Assembly (NCBI GenBank): GCA_039621445.1
Contig: CP154954.1
Location: forward strand, 16,510,140-16,574,139
Length of the DNA stretch: 64,000 nucleotides
Origin: Euglena gracilis
Lineage: Eukaryota
Direction of reading: 5' to 3'
Every line of letters starts with the position of its first letter. Positions within the stretch are counted from its first letter, which is position 1. The translations under genes were made by a program, and so were the position numbers. The notes below the pieces were generated by a model. That model did not search any database and was not told the origin of the DNA. It saw only the letters and a list, made by a program, of their open reading frames with translations. Of this stretch, positions 14,968 through 27,854 are shown in pieces.

Positions 14968-16744
14968 CGTCTTGGCAACCATTGGGCAGCAACGTGCTTT
15001 TCTTCTCCACCGGTTTGACGTAATGTTGTAGTGAGGTCCCCCCCCTTCACTGCAATGTTATAGAACAGGTTCTCCATCTACGACATTGGGGATGCTGACA
15101 TGGGATTCTGACGGAGTGTGGCACTCCGTGAAACCCATTCACCCTCTGCACGGTGCGTCGGTGGATTCAATAAAACCATGCCAAATAAAATTAATGGTTT
15201 GAGACATGTGCTATTTTAACCGACGCATGTGGTGTGGCTTCTGCATGCAAGGGCGTTCCTTTAGGACCCATGGGGGGTCCAGCTCAGAGGCTGGAGAGCT
15301 TGGGCTGGTTGGAAAAAGGCTGTTGGCTTACCCCCTTGGGGGTGCCAGGGCTGGAGCTAAGCCCGACCCGGGGTCGAAACGGGTATCACAAAATTGAAAG
15401 CGCAAAAATGTCCAAAAAAAACTGCCAATTATGCAAAAAAAGTCGATTTTTCGACCCCAAATTTGCCCTGACGATCCCTTTTGCGACCCATTTCCCCCAT
15501 TTTTGTCCCATTTTGGCCCATTTTTGGACCCCCAAAAGCGAAAATCTGTTACTGACCAGCCACTTTTCAGGCGGCTGGAAAAAAATAAAACTCGCTCTTG
15601 TCAAATATTTTGTAATCTAACAACAGAAAAAGTGCACAAGGTATGCAGCAGGGCGTTGCTTAAGAAAATTTGACCAGAATTTGGTTAAAATTGGTTGCTT
15701 TCTGCAAAGAAGCAAACGGCCAGAGTACAGTGTTGGGCGGCATTCCTTCAAAACCCCTCAAAGTTGCAGTAAATACATTTTTTACCATGCAATAAATCAA
15801 TTTTCATCAAGATGGTGGAAAATAACAAAAATTCAAAAAAATAGAAGGAAAATGAATAAATGAATAAATCCGATGATTCAAAAACACCATAAAACGGCCA
15901 CAGCTTCAAATTTGAGATACGTGAGACGAGTCCCTTTAAGTCCCGAGCTTTGCTAACAAAAAGGCCAAAGCCATAACTCGTCCAGGGCACTTGATATGTT
16001 ACAAATTTCGGGTCCCACACAAAAGCAGCTCAAAAACCTTAAGAAATGGCTCAATCTGCAACGACAAGTCTGCATGAAATCCCGGTAAATTAACATGGAC
16101 ATTCACAGGTCCTTGACCCTGTGAATGCCCGAATAACCTACGGGGGGGGGGCAAAGAAAAAAATGATCGTTTGGGTAACCTGGCAGACCGCCAGGTTTTT
16201 TGGTGGGGTTGGGGGGGGGTGGGGGTGCCCTCTCCATTGTACTGGCCATTGTTCAATGCTGTCCGAGTGGCACAGCGAATCACCACAGATCAGTGAAGGC
16301 CAGCTGCAAAAGGTGGAAATTTTCAGACCGTCGCAAAAGGTTTGGACTCATCATTGTGATTTTCTGTCGCAGTCACCCCTTGATGAGAAAAAATAATAAT
16401 AATAAATGCGTGATGGATTTGGTGCCCCAGGATGTGGAGTTCCCTGAGGGTAAAACAAGGTTCATCCCCAATGGCTCCCAGGCGAACAGACCCGGTTCAA
16501 ATATGTCACTTTTTGATATTAGATGAGTGGGGAAGAACCGCCTTGGCTTTGGAACAGGCAGCCACAATAACAAAAAAAGCAGGGCAGGGAAGCGGCAAAT
16601 GCATATAACGAACCTCTTCCAGCACATCATTCTCTATATTAAAATGCAACCAAGGAGGGACAACACACGAAGATGGAATTGTTTGCCTCCTCCTTTGTTT
16701 GTTGAATACCAGAGGGGGGTGGCGAATCCTACCCAGTTTGCACC

Positions 16745-19153
16745 CAGGCATTATTATTTTTTAAGGCGCCTTAAAAAACCTTAAAAAACCTTAAAACTTT
16801 TTTTGGAAAAATGCCTTAAAAAACCTTAAAAAACCTTAAAAAAATCACCCCGGGGTTTTTTCTTCCCCGTGATGACCTTAAAAAACCTTAAAAATTTTCC
16901 CTGGGAATTTTTTTTCCTGCACCAAACAAATAATGGCATGTGTGAAACCCCGCATAAAGCCAGTCAATGCAGAAGCGGTTGTGAACAAACAATATGAAAA
17001 CCGGATTGTTTGCCAAGGTTTCTGGCATAGTTCGGTTGGCCTCGGTTCACCAAAAGCTGTGACACACGGCAGAATAAGCAAAACTTGCAACCACATCTTT
17101 CTTGATTTGAATTACTTGAGACATTCTTAGAGGAGTCAACCCAAATTGCTCAAAAGTGCAATTGCTGCAAAAGTTGCATGAACAACAAAAAAATCCCGAT
17201 TTGGGACAATTTACTACGCTGGAGCAGTTTCCAACACTTGCCACAGCATTTCGAGCAGCGAAACAGTGCGTTCTCCAATTGAGTGGTGATTCCGCGAATT
17301 TTTCCCACTTTTTTTACCCAAGCACGCGAAAGTTTTGGTCCCCGCACTTATGTGCAGCAGTTGGAAGAAAGACTTTCTCGTTTGGATCAGACACCTTGCC
17401 ATTGTGGAGAAATTCCTGCTGAATTTGCATGCTTTCACACCCAAAATCTCGAATATCGCAAAGTAGGTTTGAGAATTTGCAACAACAGTGGCAAAATGAC
17501 ACAGTGGATATCCGAACCGCAATCGTGGATTTGCAGACCCGCAATGCGGCAACCCGTGCCAGGGCGGTCCTTAGGCAAAAAAAAATCCTGTCCCCATACA
17601 CTTCAACCATAAATTAAGGAAAAGGGGATTTTGGCAGGGGAAATTTTTTTGAAAATTACGTTGAAAAATGAACCCAATATGCATGGTTGGTTTTTTGATG
17701 GAAAATTACATTTTCCCAAAAAAAATCACCAAAATTTTAGGGATGAAAATTGTTAGTTTTTAGGAGGGGGGTCAAAAAATGCAGGTCAAAAAAATGGGAC
17801 CAAATTTTGGAACAGTCAAATTTTACTGACATTTTTTCCCTTGGAAATTTTTTGGATTTTCCGTGGCATTTTTTTTGCTTCAAAAATCTCTCAAAATTAA
17901 AATTTTGAGAAATATTGATTTTGACAAAAAAAACTCAAAGATTTCAGGGTTAAATTTGGCAGTTTTAGGGGGGGGGTGGAAAATAACGAAGGTCAAAAAA
18001 GGTGGACCAAATTTTGGCACAGTCAAATTTTACTGACACTTTTCCTCTGTCAAATTTGTTGGATTTTCAATGGCATTTTTCTTGCTTCAAAAATCTCTCA
18101 AATTCAAAATTTTGAGAAAATGTTGATTTTTAGGAAGATGTGAAAATGGGGGTTTGAGGGAGTTTAATGGCCATTTTTTGAGGAAAAAGTTCTAAAGTAA
18201 TTTTTTGTCATCAAAAAGTGACGTTTTTAAGTTTTTCCAGACTTTTTTTTGTTGCGTTTTTTTTAAAAAAGCACATATTTTTAAAAAACTTGTTTTCTTT
18301 TTGGAAAATTTATTTGTAAAAAACTTGTTTTTTTAAAAAAAAAGTTTTTTTTTAAAAAACATGCTTTTTAAAAAAAACATTTTTTTGTTTCAAAAAAAAA
18401 GCAGTCAACCTTGGCAAGCACCTATGGTCAAGCCGCAAAATTTCCCCATTTGAGGCCATTTTAGGCCATTTAAGGCCAACAGGCAAGCTAATGTCCTGAA
18501 TAGGGTCAGAAATTTAAAGTAATTGCAATGAAAAAAATGGATGGTTTCGAGTTTCGAGTTTCGAGGTGACCCACTCTGTATCCCATGCAACAAGGTTTTG
18601 AGCAATGTGTATGGCGGCACACTGCATGGGCACGCGTTTGGTATTGCTCACATGAAAAAGTTGGATTATTTTGTCAGTGTTCATGAGGCTATCCGGTGTG
18701 GGTGCATGGGTCAGGGCGGTCCATCAGGGACGGGATTTTTTTTTTAGTTAACTGCCCCTTACGGACAGCCCCTCCAGGGCAGTTTTGGACCCGAAATAAT
18801 TTTTCTGGCGTCTTCGGCGCCGGGTGTTTTTTTTGACCCATTTTGGGACCCATATGCAGGAACCCATAGCTAAAATGGCCTAAAATTCCTAAAATGCCTA
18901 AAATGGCAATAACTGTCCCTCATGGACCGCCCTGATCCCATGCTTCGCCCGAGGCTTCTTCCTTGGGCGTTCCGAAGCCACAGGAGTCTGAAACCATCGG
19001 GGCATCTTCGAGGTCTGAGATTTTACCTGAGGAAAAAAATGCCTTAAAAAACCTTAAAATTTTTTAAAATTCCTCAAAAAACCTTAAAAAACCTTAAAAA
19101 ACCTTAAAAAACGCCTTTTTGAGAAATCTCGCCTTAAAAAAAAATAATGCCTG
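16745..19153. mobile_element. Non-autonomous hAT element with nested insertions
   Basis: TIR CAGGCATTATT...AATAATGCCTG; perfect 8-bp TSD TTTGCACC (16737-16744, 19154-19161). Subterminal CCTTAAAAAA arrays at both ends. The internal remnant QFPTLATAFRAAKQCVLQ weakly recalls the hAT C-terminal dimerisation region. Confidence 0.8.
17560..18934. mobile_element. Nested CAGGGCGGTCC-family hAT element with a C2H2 zinc-finger remnant
   Basis: Same TIR family as 3789-4099 (17560, 18712, 18924-18934). Degenerate TSD ACCCGTGC / ATCCCATGC. Peptide LCIPCNKVLSNVYGGTLHGHAFGIAHMKKL at ~18574-18663. Confidence 0.55.
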
Positions 19154-21803
19154 TTTGCACCCCTTGTTGGCTGAATACCTCGGGCCTGGTGGGAGTTAGG
19201 GGCCAACCAGAAGTAGTTCAGAAAGCCGGGATCCAATCGCTCGCGATTGGGAAAAAATTTTGGGAACGGGGCAGGGGTCATGGTGATAATCTGAAGTTTT
19301 CATTCCCATTGAAGAAAGGCCATCGCTCATCCACCCAAAAAGTCAAAAAAATGCGGTTTTTTATTTCATAATTTTTCATTTTCAACCCTGTTCAACCCCA
19401 GACCGGCCATTGGCAGGTCCTTAGTCCTAAGACGGTCCATAATGGGGCAGTCCTTAAAAAAAAATACACTGCCCCATTGACCGACCTGCCCTTGGGGGAA
19501 AAGCACATGGACCCAATGGACCAATGCATCACCTGTCCCGAGACGTGTACATCAGGAGGGAGGGGGCAGCCATCAGGCACCAGGTTTTCGGCGCATGATG
19601 CATGATGCATCGCCAGGTTCCAAGTGGTGGGCAAATGGCAGATCACGTAAAATAAAAGGAGAAATATGAAAAGTCCAGATATTATGTGAAAAGGGGAACT
19701 CTGGGTGTCTTTTTGAGCTTGAAGAATTTCCCCAATAATACACCCCCCCGACTCAAGTACCCACCCTGGGCCCAAGTTTTGGATACCTGTATAATAAAAC
19801 ACCACCAGGTATACCATTTGGGGGAGGGGTTTCATTGGGCGAGGGTCGCACCAGTAGGGCCTTGGTAGGTTTGTTGTACCAAGCATAATTTTAAAATATG
19901 CTTTTTTTCAGAGGGAATTTGATGAGTTTCCGCTTTGCTTGATTTCTATCAAGGAGTGTGGCTGGGGGTACATTATTTGGGCAGCTGAAATCGCAGGCCA
20001 GGGGCGGGGTATATTATTTGGGGGGAAGTTTGTGAAGGTGTTTTGAAGGCTGCCGATCGATCACCTTCCCTCCATGTCTGTTGGATTTTTGGACGCACCT
20101 GCCATCAAGGGTCTCCATCCACCATGCCACCACAGTGTCCCCCAAGAGCTTGGGTGAGATGAAAGTGGCTGAACTGCGGCGGGTTTGGGTGTTTTAAGGG
20201 TGGGACACAGAAATAAACAAAAGGTAAGTCCCGCCAGGCTCCGGCCACCTCCACGTACACAGACAAAAGGTTCAGAGGCGAAAAACAGCCAGAAGAAGGG
20301 AACAGAAGAAGGGATAAAAGGCACCAAACAAAAAGCCACAGTGCACACAGGGGCACTCGGGCCGAAAAGGCCAGAAACTTCAAAAAAAAATTCCCGTGGC
20401 TTCCGCGCCGGGTGGCCACTTTCGAGCATTCGTGGCCAACCTCCTGGGGGGGGGGCGTCTGGAGCCAAAAACCACTCCTAAAAAACCAGCCAATCACCCC
20501 CCTGGGGGTCAGACAAACCTTAAGCAATGGTATAGTCAGGACCCCCCTCCCCCGAACAAACAATTTTTTTTCTGCTCAAAGCGCCAGAAAAATTGGGGGG
20601 CCAAAAAAAATTGCATTTCACATTATTTTTTTTTAACAATGACAATTTTGGGTTCTGGGCTGGGGCTTAGGCAGCCGAATTCGCACTTAAGGGTTTTCCC
20701 TTTAGGATGGGCGCATTTGCGCAAATGTAACCATTTTTTTGTAACCCCTGGGACCCTGTACCCTGCCTGCCAAAAAGAAATTTTTGTGATCGCGGACGGA
20801 ACTCGTTAGGGCTGGGCAATTCGAACCCCTTCGAATACAAACTTGACTTCGCGACCGAACGGGCGCGCGAACATTTGTACCTCTCCCTCTCCGCAGATGG
20901 TTGTCTGCACACTGTCCGTGGGACACCCGCCGACACCCTCTTCCACCCCACACCACCCCGCGGCACCCAACTGGCCAGATCTGACGGCGTACGGTTTTTG
21001 ACTTTTGGGTGTCCAAATGTGACCTGTGGATACTGAACGTTTGCCGGGCGATGAAATCAGACACCCTTGATGAATTTCGAAATTATTGTGATGGTGTGTT
21101 GGGTGCCATGACTTATGAATTACGATGTAATTGGGTGTGTCTGGAGAGGGGTGTGACACCCCTGTTTTGGACAAGGGCGAATAAATGCCTGGTGATTGGA
21201 ACTTTCTAATTGGTGTACGGAATAAATTTTGTTTGTGGCGCACTGCACACTTGCGCAAATGCGCGCATCAAACGATTATTCCTACTGTGATTGACTGTGC
21301 TGCTGAGAGGGTGGTTGACGCCCCAGATTGTGTTAGAAATGAAAAGTGGTTGTTTAACGACCCAGAGGGCGTTGTGCTGCCAGTCTATTGACCTGCACGT
21401 TGTCATTCACTCGTTGTGTCAGTGGGGGTGTGACTTGTATGGCTGGTGGAGCTGGGAAGCTACGCTGCTCACCATTTGAGAGTGTGTGTGTTACGTGCTG
21501 GGTGGCTAAGGCTCTATGGTGGTGTATGGCCGGTGTCCCCTGTCTGGAGTTGACGTACATGGGGGATGGCCAGGCAGGGTACAGCGGTGTATTAATGTGT
21601 GCTTTTTTGTTTGTTGACTTGCGCATTTTGCGCGCACAAACAGTTCCAAAATAAAAGAAATGACACACAGGATTGTGGGACGTGTAGCGTGTAATGTGTC
21701 TGTATGAGTGATGTGGACAGGGTGGCGACAACGGGGGTGTGAAGTTAACAGATTTGAGGTGGTGGTGAAAAGGCGGCGTGCCGGCAGACCTGGGGAGGAC
21801 TGA

Positions 21804-22820
21804 ATGGAGTCCTTGCAGGCCAGCAGCAGCCACTCCCGCCGCCGTGGCTACGAGGGCTACAGCGAGGAGGCCGCCTTGGCCGCGGAGGCCAGGAAGGTGC
21901 TGGGCCAGCTGGTGAAGGCCCACTTCGCCACCAGCTACGAGGAGTTTGTGGCGGCGGTGGTGCAGCGCGGCCACCCGCTGCAGACCCTGGTGGTGCAGGT
22001 GGCCCACACCCGGGTGCCGCTGCGGACGGAGGGGGGCGCGGCGCTGCTGGAGGAGCTGGCCCGGGAGCCGCGGCGGCCGCAGATTGAGCTGCTGCTCAAG
22101 GACGCCTGGGCGGTGTACCGGGCGCTGCGGCAGCACGCCTGCCCGCGGTCGGCGCAGCGGGTGGTGGCGGAGGAGCACGAGGCGCTGCTGGCCAGGCACC
22201 GGGCGGCCAGCCAGCTGCTGCGGCCAGTGGGATCCTGCCGGAGGAGCCGATGTGGAACCGGCAGTGGCGGCGGCAGCGGGCCTGTTAGCGGCTGGAGGAC
22301 CTGTGGCAGCAGTCGGAGGGGCGGAGCTGCGTCCTGTGGTTCGACAACTTCTGGAAGAGGGCCATAACGTCGAACCCCCGGATGGTGATCCGCACCCACG
22401 ACTGCTGCGTGATGGCCATGATGCGGACGGCGGTGGACGCCATCCCGGAGTACCTGGGGTACCCGTCGCTGGAGCAGCTACTGGGCCGCATCCACCGGGT
22501 GTCCGCACGGCTGGTGCGGAGCGACCTGCCGGCGTTCTTGGAGCTGGTCTCGGAGATCAGCGCACGCCCGCTGGAGGCGCACCGCGAATCTGCCGTTGTC
22601 CGTGGCTGCCAAATCCTCGTCCGAGGGGTCCCTGCCTGAGCGACCGACTCGACGGTCGCGATTCGAATCACCAGCGGGCGACGAGTCACCTCCGCGGGCG
22701 GGCGGGCGGGTACCGGCGGACCCCGCAGGGCGTGGGGCGGCCACCAGCAGTCGGGACACGGTGCCGCCGAGGGCGGCTCGTGTGTACGTCCCGGCGGACC
22801 CCTTCGAGGGGTCCGACTGA
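21804..22820 (+). pseudogene. Element A DDE transposase-like gene, decayed and internally deleted
   Basis: GC3-rich coding. CVLWFDNFWKRAITSNP aligns with element B VVLWLDNFCWLRWGTDP. Frameshift near 22200, in-frame TAG near 22286, and a jump near 22585 to an acidic C-terminal tail ending in TGA at 22820. Confidence 0.6.
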
Positions 22821-23364
22821 GCGGATTTGCTGATGAGGCGACGGTTTAGTAACTTTTGATACAAGCCACACCACACTTTATTTTATGGATCATTCGATGC
22901 GCCATAACCAGGTGCATGTTCGCCAAAAGAAAAAAGTTGACAACTCCCCTCTAGACACCTTCTGGATTTCTAAAAAAGCAGGCCTACGGATGTCCAACAG
23001 TAAACCGCCAGTGTGTTAACTGTTTCGCGACCCGAATGCGTGACGTGTCACCCCCGGTTTGTGTTCGGCAGTTTTTGACACAGATACGCCATGAAAGATT
23101 ACGAAAACGTAGCATATCCATACCCCCCGTTGTTACGGACCAGAATAATCCATTTTGTGCGTCCCGTCAGAACGTTTCACACTTTTTCCATTTTTTGCCT
23201 GAAAATGCCTAAGTCGGATGATTTTTTGTCATAATTTGCGCGGATTGCTTGCCGTAGGTTAGAAGGCATTTCAATGTGCTGAATTCAGTTGTTGCACGTG
23301 CAGTTCAGTCACTGGTCACATTCCCCCCCTTTTTGAAACGGCGCCTTGCCTCAGGTCACACACC

Positions 23365-26300
23365 ATGGCCGACCCTGTTGCTGTCCCCCCAGAGGGGGAG
23401 GCTGCCGTCCCCGGGCAGACGGAGTCCGGGACCGAGGCGGCGGAGGCTGGAGCGGAGCCCGCCCCAGCTGAGGCCGCTGCAGCGCAGGAGCCGAAGCCCG
23501 CCGCCAAGCTGGGGCGGATCCGCCCCCGCAGTACCTCCCGCAACCTGCCCATCGCGGAGGTGTACAAGGAGGAGGTGAAGCAGTGGGTGCTGTCGACGGG
23601 GACAAAGCTGCTGCTGGATGTGCTGCACGTGGACTACAACCAGTCCGAGGGGCAGACGCGGCCCCTGGACAACACGGAGGTGGAGCGGAAGCTGCGGCAG
23701 CTGCAGCTGAACCCCCCGCTGGAGATGGTGCGGGTCACCGTGTGGAAGAAGGCCGGTGTGTCTATCAGTGTGATTGCGTCATACGTGGGTGTTTGCGGTT
23801 GTGGGGTGGTTTGTCTGGAATGAGTTTGCCTCTGGAAACTCTGTTGGTGTGCAGGGTTCAGCATTGGAGTGCGTGCATTGCTTTGGAAGTCGGATTTGAT
23901 TTGCGCATTTGCGCGCACAAGCACACAATCCCTTTTTACTGGCTCATTTGCGCGCACGTCCATGCATAATGTGTTTATTTGCGCATTTGCGCGCACATAC
24001 GCATACAGTTTGTTTATTTGCGCAATTGCGCGCACATCCCTTCATTGTCCCCACAGAGAACCACTACGTGCTGATGTCGGGGCAGCACATCACCGCGGCG
24101 CTGAAGCGCTGGTCCGAGGGCTTCAGGTCCCAGAAACTGAACCCTCCGAAGGGTTCAGCCCTGTATTTGTTTGTGTGTTTTTTGTTTTGCCCCTCTCGTG
24201 CAGCCCCTCTCGTGCAGCCCCTCTCGTGCCGCCCCTCTCGTGCAGCCCCTCTCATGCAGCCCCTCCTGTGTCTGAAAGACATAACCCCCCCCCCCCAAAT
24301 ATAAACCCCCCCAAATACAAAACCCCCCCCAAATATAAAACCCCCCCTGAGGACCTTGAAATCCCGCCCAAATATAAAAACCCCCCTCCGGCGCGAAGCG
24401 CCGGAAGGAAAAATTTTCGACAAAATATCTCCCAAAATTGTCATTTTGGCAGATTTGGGAACAATTTTTACCAAAAACATGTGAAAATTGCTCCTTCGCC
24501 CGAAAAATGAAGTTTTTGGACCCCCAAGGGTGGGCGTATTTGTTATTTTGGACAAAAAAAGTGTTTACTGGAGCCCACCGGGAAGTTGATTTTTCTGACC
24601 GAATATAACCCCCCCCCCAAATATAAAACCCCCCCTCGGGTCTTGAAATTTCCGCCCAATTATAAAACCGGGGGGTTTTATATTTGGGGGGGGGGGTTAG
24701 GTTCAAATGCAGGGCTGTGGCCAGGGCAAATACGACCTCACCACCATCCTCCACCCCATGACCCCGGTGCACCTGCGGCGGGCTGCCGGCGGGTACGCGC
24801 AGGCCATCCAGTTGGCAGTGAAGGAGCTGTCCATCCCCCAGTTCGCCAACCTCTTGGTGAAGGGGAAGCACATCTCCACGGTGCCGGCGGTGCGGCTGGC
24901 GGCGGCCTACCGGCAGGCCGGCTGGGACCGGTCGGTCCCCCAGGTGTGAGCCCACTGCCAGTCTGCCGATGCATTGAATGACAGTGTCCTGTTTTATTTG
25001 CGCAATTGCGCGCATCAAAAGTGGATTCATGCATAGTGCATTCTGCCTGTGATGAATGGACGGTGTGTTTACGTGTCCTTTGTCATTGCCTCAGGGTGAG
25101 GTCATCAAGATGTGGGGGCCGCTGCAGCGGCTGGTGGAGGAGACCCCCGAGGCGGTGGCGGGCCTCCTGAGCATGGAGTCGGCGCTGGCGGCGAGGGGCC
25201 GCACGCTGCTGTCCTCCCACATGCGGTCCCTCAGGCGCCTGCTGACCCCCGAGGCGCGGGCCCAGGTGGCGGCAGCACTGCAGAGCCCGGGGATCGGGCT
25301 GGCCCAGCTGGAGCAGGCGGTGACGGAGGCCACCCACGAGATGTGGGTGGGCTTTGTGTGGAGGAGCGACAACCAGATGATCCACGGCCAGATCGGTATG
25401 CCATTGCTCTGGGGTCTGGGGTGCAATTGTGTTGTTGGATATGAGAACAGACAGGCACGCGCGCACGGTGGATTGCATGCTGTTCTGTTGTAACTGTAGT
25501 CACACTCCCTCGCTGCTCCCTCACAGTGCACAACGCGGCGGAGAGGAGCCGCTTCAAGCGGACGGTGCCCGTCGCCGCCCTGCAAGTGGCGCGGCTGGGG
25601 TCGTGGACCTGGAGCCCGGTGGAGCCGAGGCCCCCCCTGGCGGCGGTGCTGACCGCCCCCTTCTGGGTGGAGGCGCAATTCGAGGAGCTGCGGGCCTCCT
25701 TCGCCCTGCCGGCTGTGGAGTCGGAGATCGTGTCCAAGGAGGGCGGGGCCATCCAGGAGGTGGCGGTGGCCAGGCCAGCCGGGGAGGAGAAAGGGGTGAA
25801 GTGCCTGGTCTACAAGGCCAGCGGAGAGGGGGTACCGGCGGAGGCGCTGGGGGCCGCAGTGGGCCTCGTCATCGTTGAGGTCAACCACAACACCGGCTCA
25901 GGGTTCTGTTATAGTCGAATTCTTCTTTTTTTTAAAGTGTTCCTGTTTTATTTGCGCATTTGCGCGCACCAAAAATAAAAATGATGGTTCTGATTAATAC
26001 CTTCAGTTGCACACAGTTCCGGCCTTTATTTTCAAATAATTTTTTTATGCGCGCATTTTCGCAAAAGTTATTGTGCGCGCACTTGCGCAAATGAAATGAC
26101 CACGGTTAAAAGAAATACGCTATCTGAAACAGAATTCTGCCTCCTCCTGGACGAGCAGGTCAAGCGCCTGGCCGGCGTCGTGCCGGTCGTCATCTACGGC
26201 GCTGCAGAGGTGTTGGCCGCTGTGGAGACGGCGGTGCGGCGGCTGGCGCCGGGGCGGGAGACGGCCATGGTGGACTGCAACAGGGGGGCTGCGACAGGGG

Positions 26301-27854
26301 CCAGGGGGTGGCCCGCAAGTTTGAGAAGAAGGCCCTGGTGGTCGTGTTCGGCCCTGGCGATGTGGAGCGGGGCAAGGTACGCACCCTGGATGACTCAGTG
26401 TGCAGATTGGCATTTTATGTTTTACATATTGGGTGCCGGAAGGTCACCAGTGCCAAGCTGTCTGCTTTTAGTGAAGTGTCCCCTTTTTATTTGCACAATT
26501 GCGCCCACCTTCAGTACAAAAAAGCTTGATTCTTTGTATGTTTATCTGGCTCCCCTTGCTGCCGAAGGTGGAGTGGGACGTGGAGTCCAGCTGCGGGGTG
26601 GGGCTGCACTGGCTCTGCGTGGAGTGGCTGTGGCGGAGGGTGGTGCGGCGGATGGAGGCGGCCAACGCCATGGTGATCCAGACCGCCGACGCGGCGGTGG
26701 CGGCCCGGGTGGCGGCCTGGGCGGCCAAGCCCCCCAAGGTGCTGGTGGTGGCGGAGGACTCCGCCAGCAGCCTGGAGGACGTCACCCAGACCGTGGGCAA
26801 CACGGTGACGCTGCCCCGGCCCGTCACCTCCGCCATGCTGCCGCTGCTGCTGGCCGCCCTGGAAGGGGGGGACCCCCTGTGGGTCCCCCTGGAGAACGCC
26901 GCCCTCCAGGACAAGCTCCGCCTGGCGGCTGAGGAGACGGCGCGGAGGGCGAAGGAGTCTGAGAAGCGGCGCCGCCAGACCAAGCTGCGGTAGGAGGAGC
27001 GCCGCCTGCAGAAGCTGGAGCAGCACCAGAAGGAGGGGGGTGACCGGAAGAAGAAGCGGCGGAAGAAGGAGGCGGAGAAGAAGCCCAGCAGGCCCCCGCC
27101 CCCCAAGGCCCGACGGGAGGAGGCCGAGGCGGTGGACAGTGACGTGGAGATGACCGCACCTGGCCGGGAGACCCCGGAGCTGACCCCGCCCGGCAGCCAG
27201 GCTGAGGAGGCCAGCCCCGTCATCGTGCTGCCGCCGACGGGCCAGCCCAGCCGGCACCCAAAGGCGGAGGACAGCAGCAGCGACACCTCCGACACCTCCT
27301 CGCCGGTCGCCAGCGAAGCTCCCGCAGTCCCAGCAGGGGAGGCAGAAGAGGAAGAGGAGGAGGACACCATCGAGGAGATCACCCCCGGGTACAGGAAGCC
27401 AGAGCCCCAGAAGGGGAAGGAGAAGAAGGGGGAGGAGAAGAAGGTGGAGGAGAAGAAGGGGGAGGGGAAGGGGAAGGGCAAGGGCAAAGGCAAGGAGGAC
27501 ACCCGGTGGAAGGCGGCCGGGCTGATCCGTCCACCCGGACCCGGTGAAGCCCTCAAGGGCCCGAAGTCCTGGCACCTCCTGGACCCCAAGAAGTACCCGG
27601 GGATGAAGCCGGTGATCGAGGGGGCCAAAGCCAGGGTGGCGTCGGAGGCAGCAGCGGCGGCGGAGGCAGCGGCGTCGCAGGCAGCGGCGGCCGCAGCACC
27701 AGCGCCGGAGGAGGCGGAGTTTCGACGAGGAGGAGTCCGAAGAGGAGGAGGCCCCGCCACCGCCACCGCCACGCACCGCCCCGGCTGCGGCGCCCAGGAG
27801 CACCGTCCTCCGCGGGCTGCCGAAGCCTGGCGGCTCTCCAAGCACAAGAAGTGA
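23365..27854 (+). pseudogene. Element A multi-exon ParB/Srx-like domain protein with helical region, possible degenerate MTase fold and charged C-terminal tail
   Basis: Splicing 23755/24057 gives GQTRPLDNTEVERKLRQLQLNPPLEMVRVTVWKKAENHYVLMSGQHITAAL. Further exons at ~24712-24943, 25095-25395, 25527-25901, ~26130-26376 and 26568-27854. In-frame TAG at 26991. Confidence 0.7.
24284..24697. mobile_element. TA-flanked MITE in an intron of the element A ParB-like gene
   Basis: IR ACCCCCCCCCCCAAATATAAACCCCC / GGGGGTTTTATATTTGGGGGGGGGGT with TA on each side. A related element lies at 56736-57145. Confidence 0.75.

Noticed and set aside
22286-26993. Two in-frame TAG codons suggesting stop-codon reassignment
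   Set aside because: Only two cases, in an element that also has frameshifts and a deletion. Decay is the simpler explanation.
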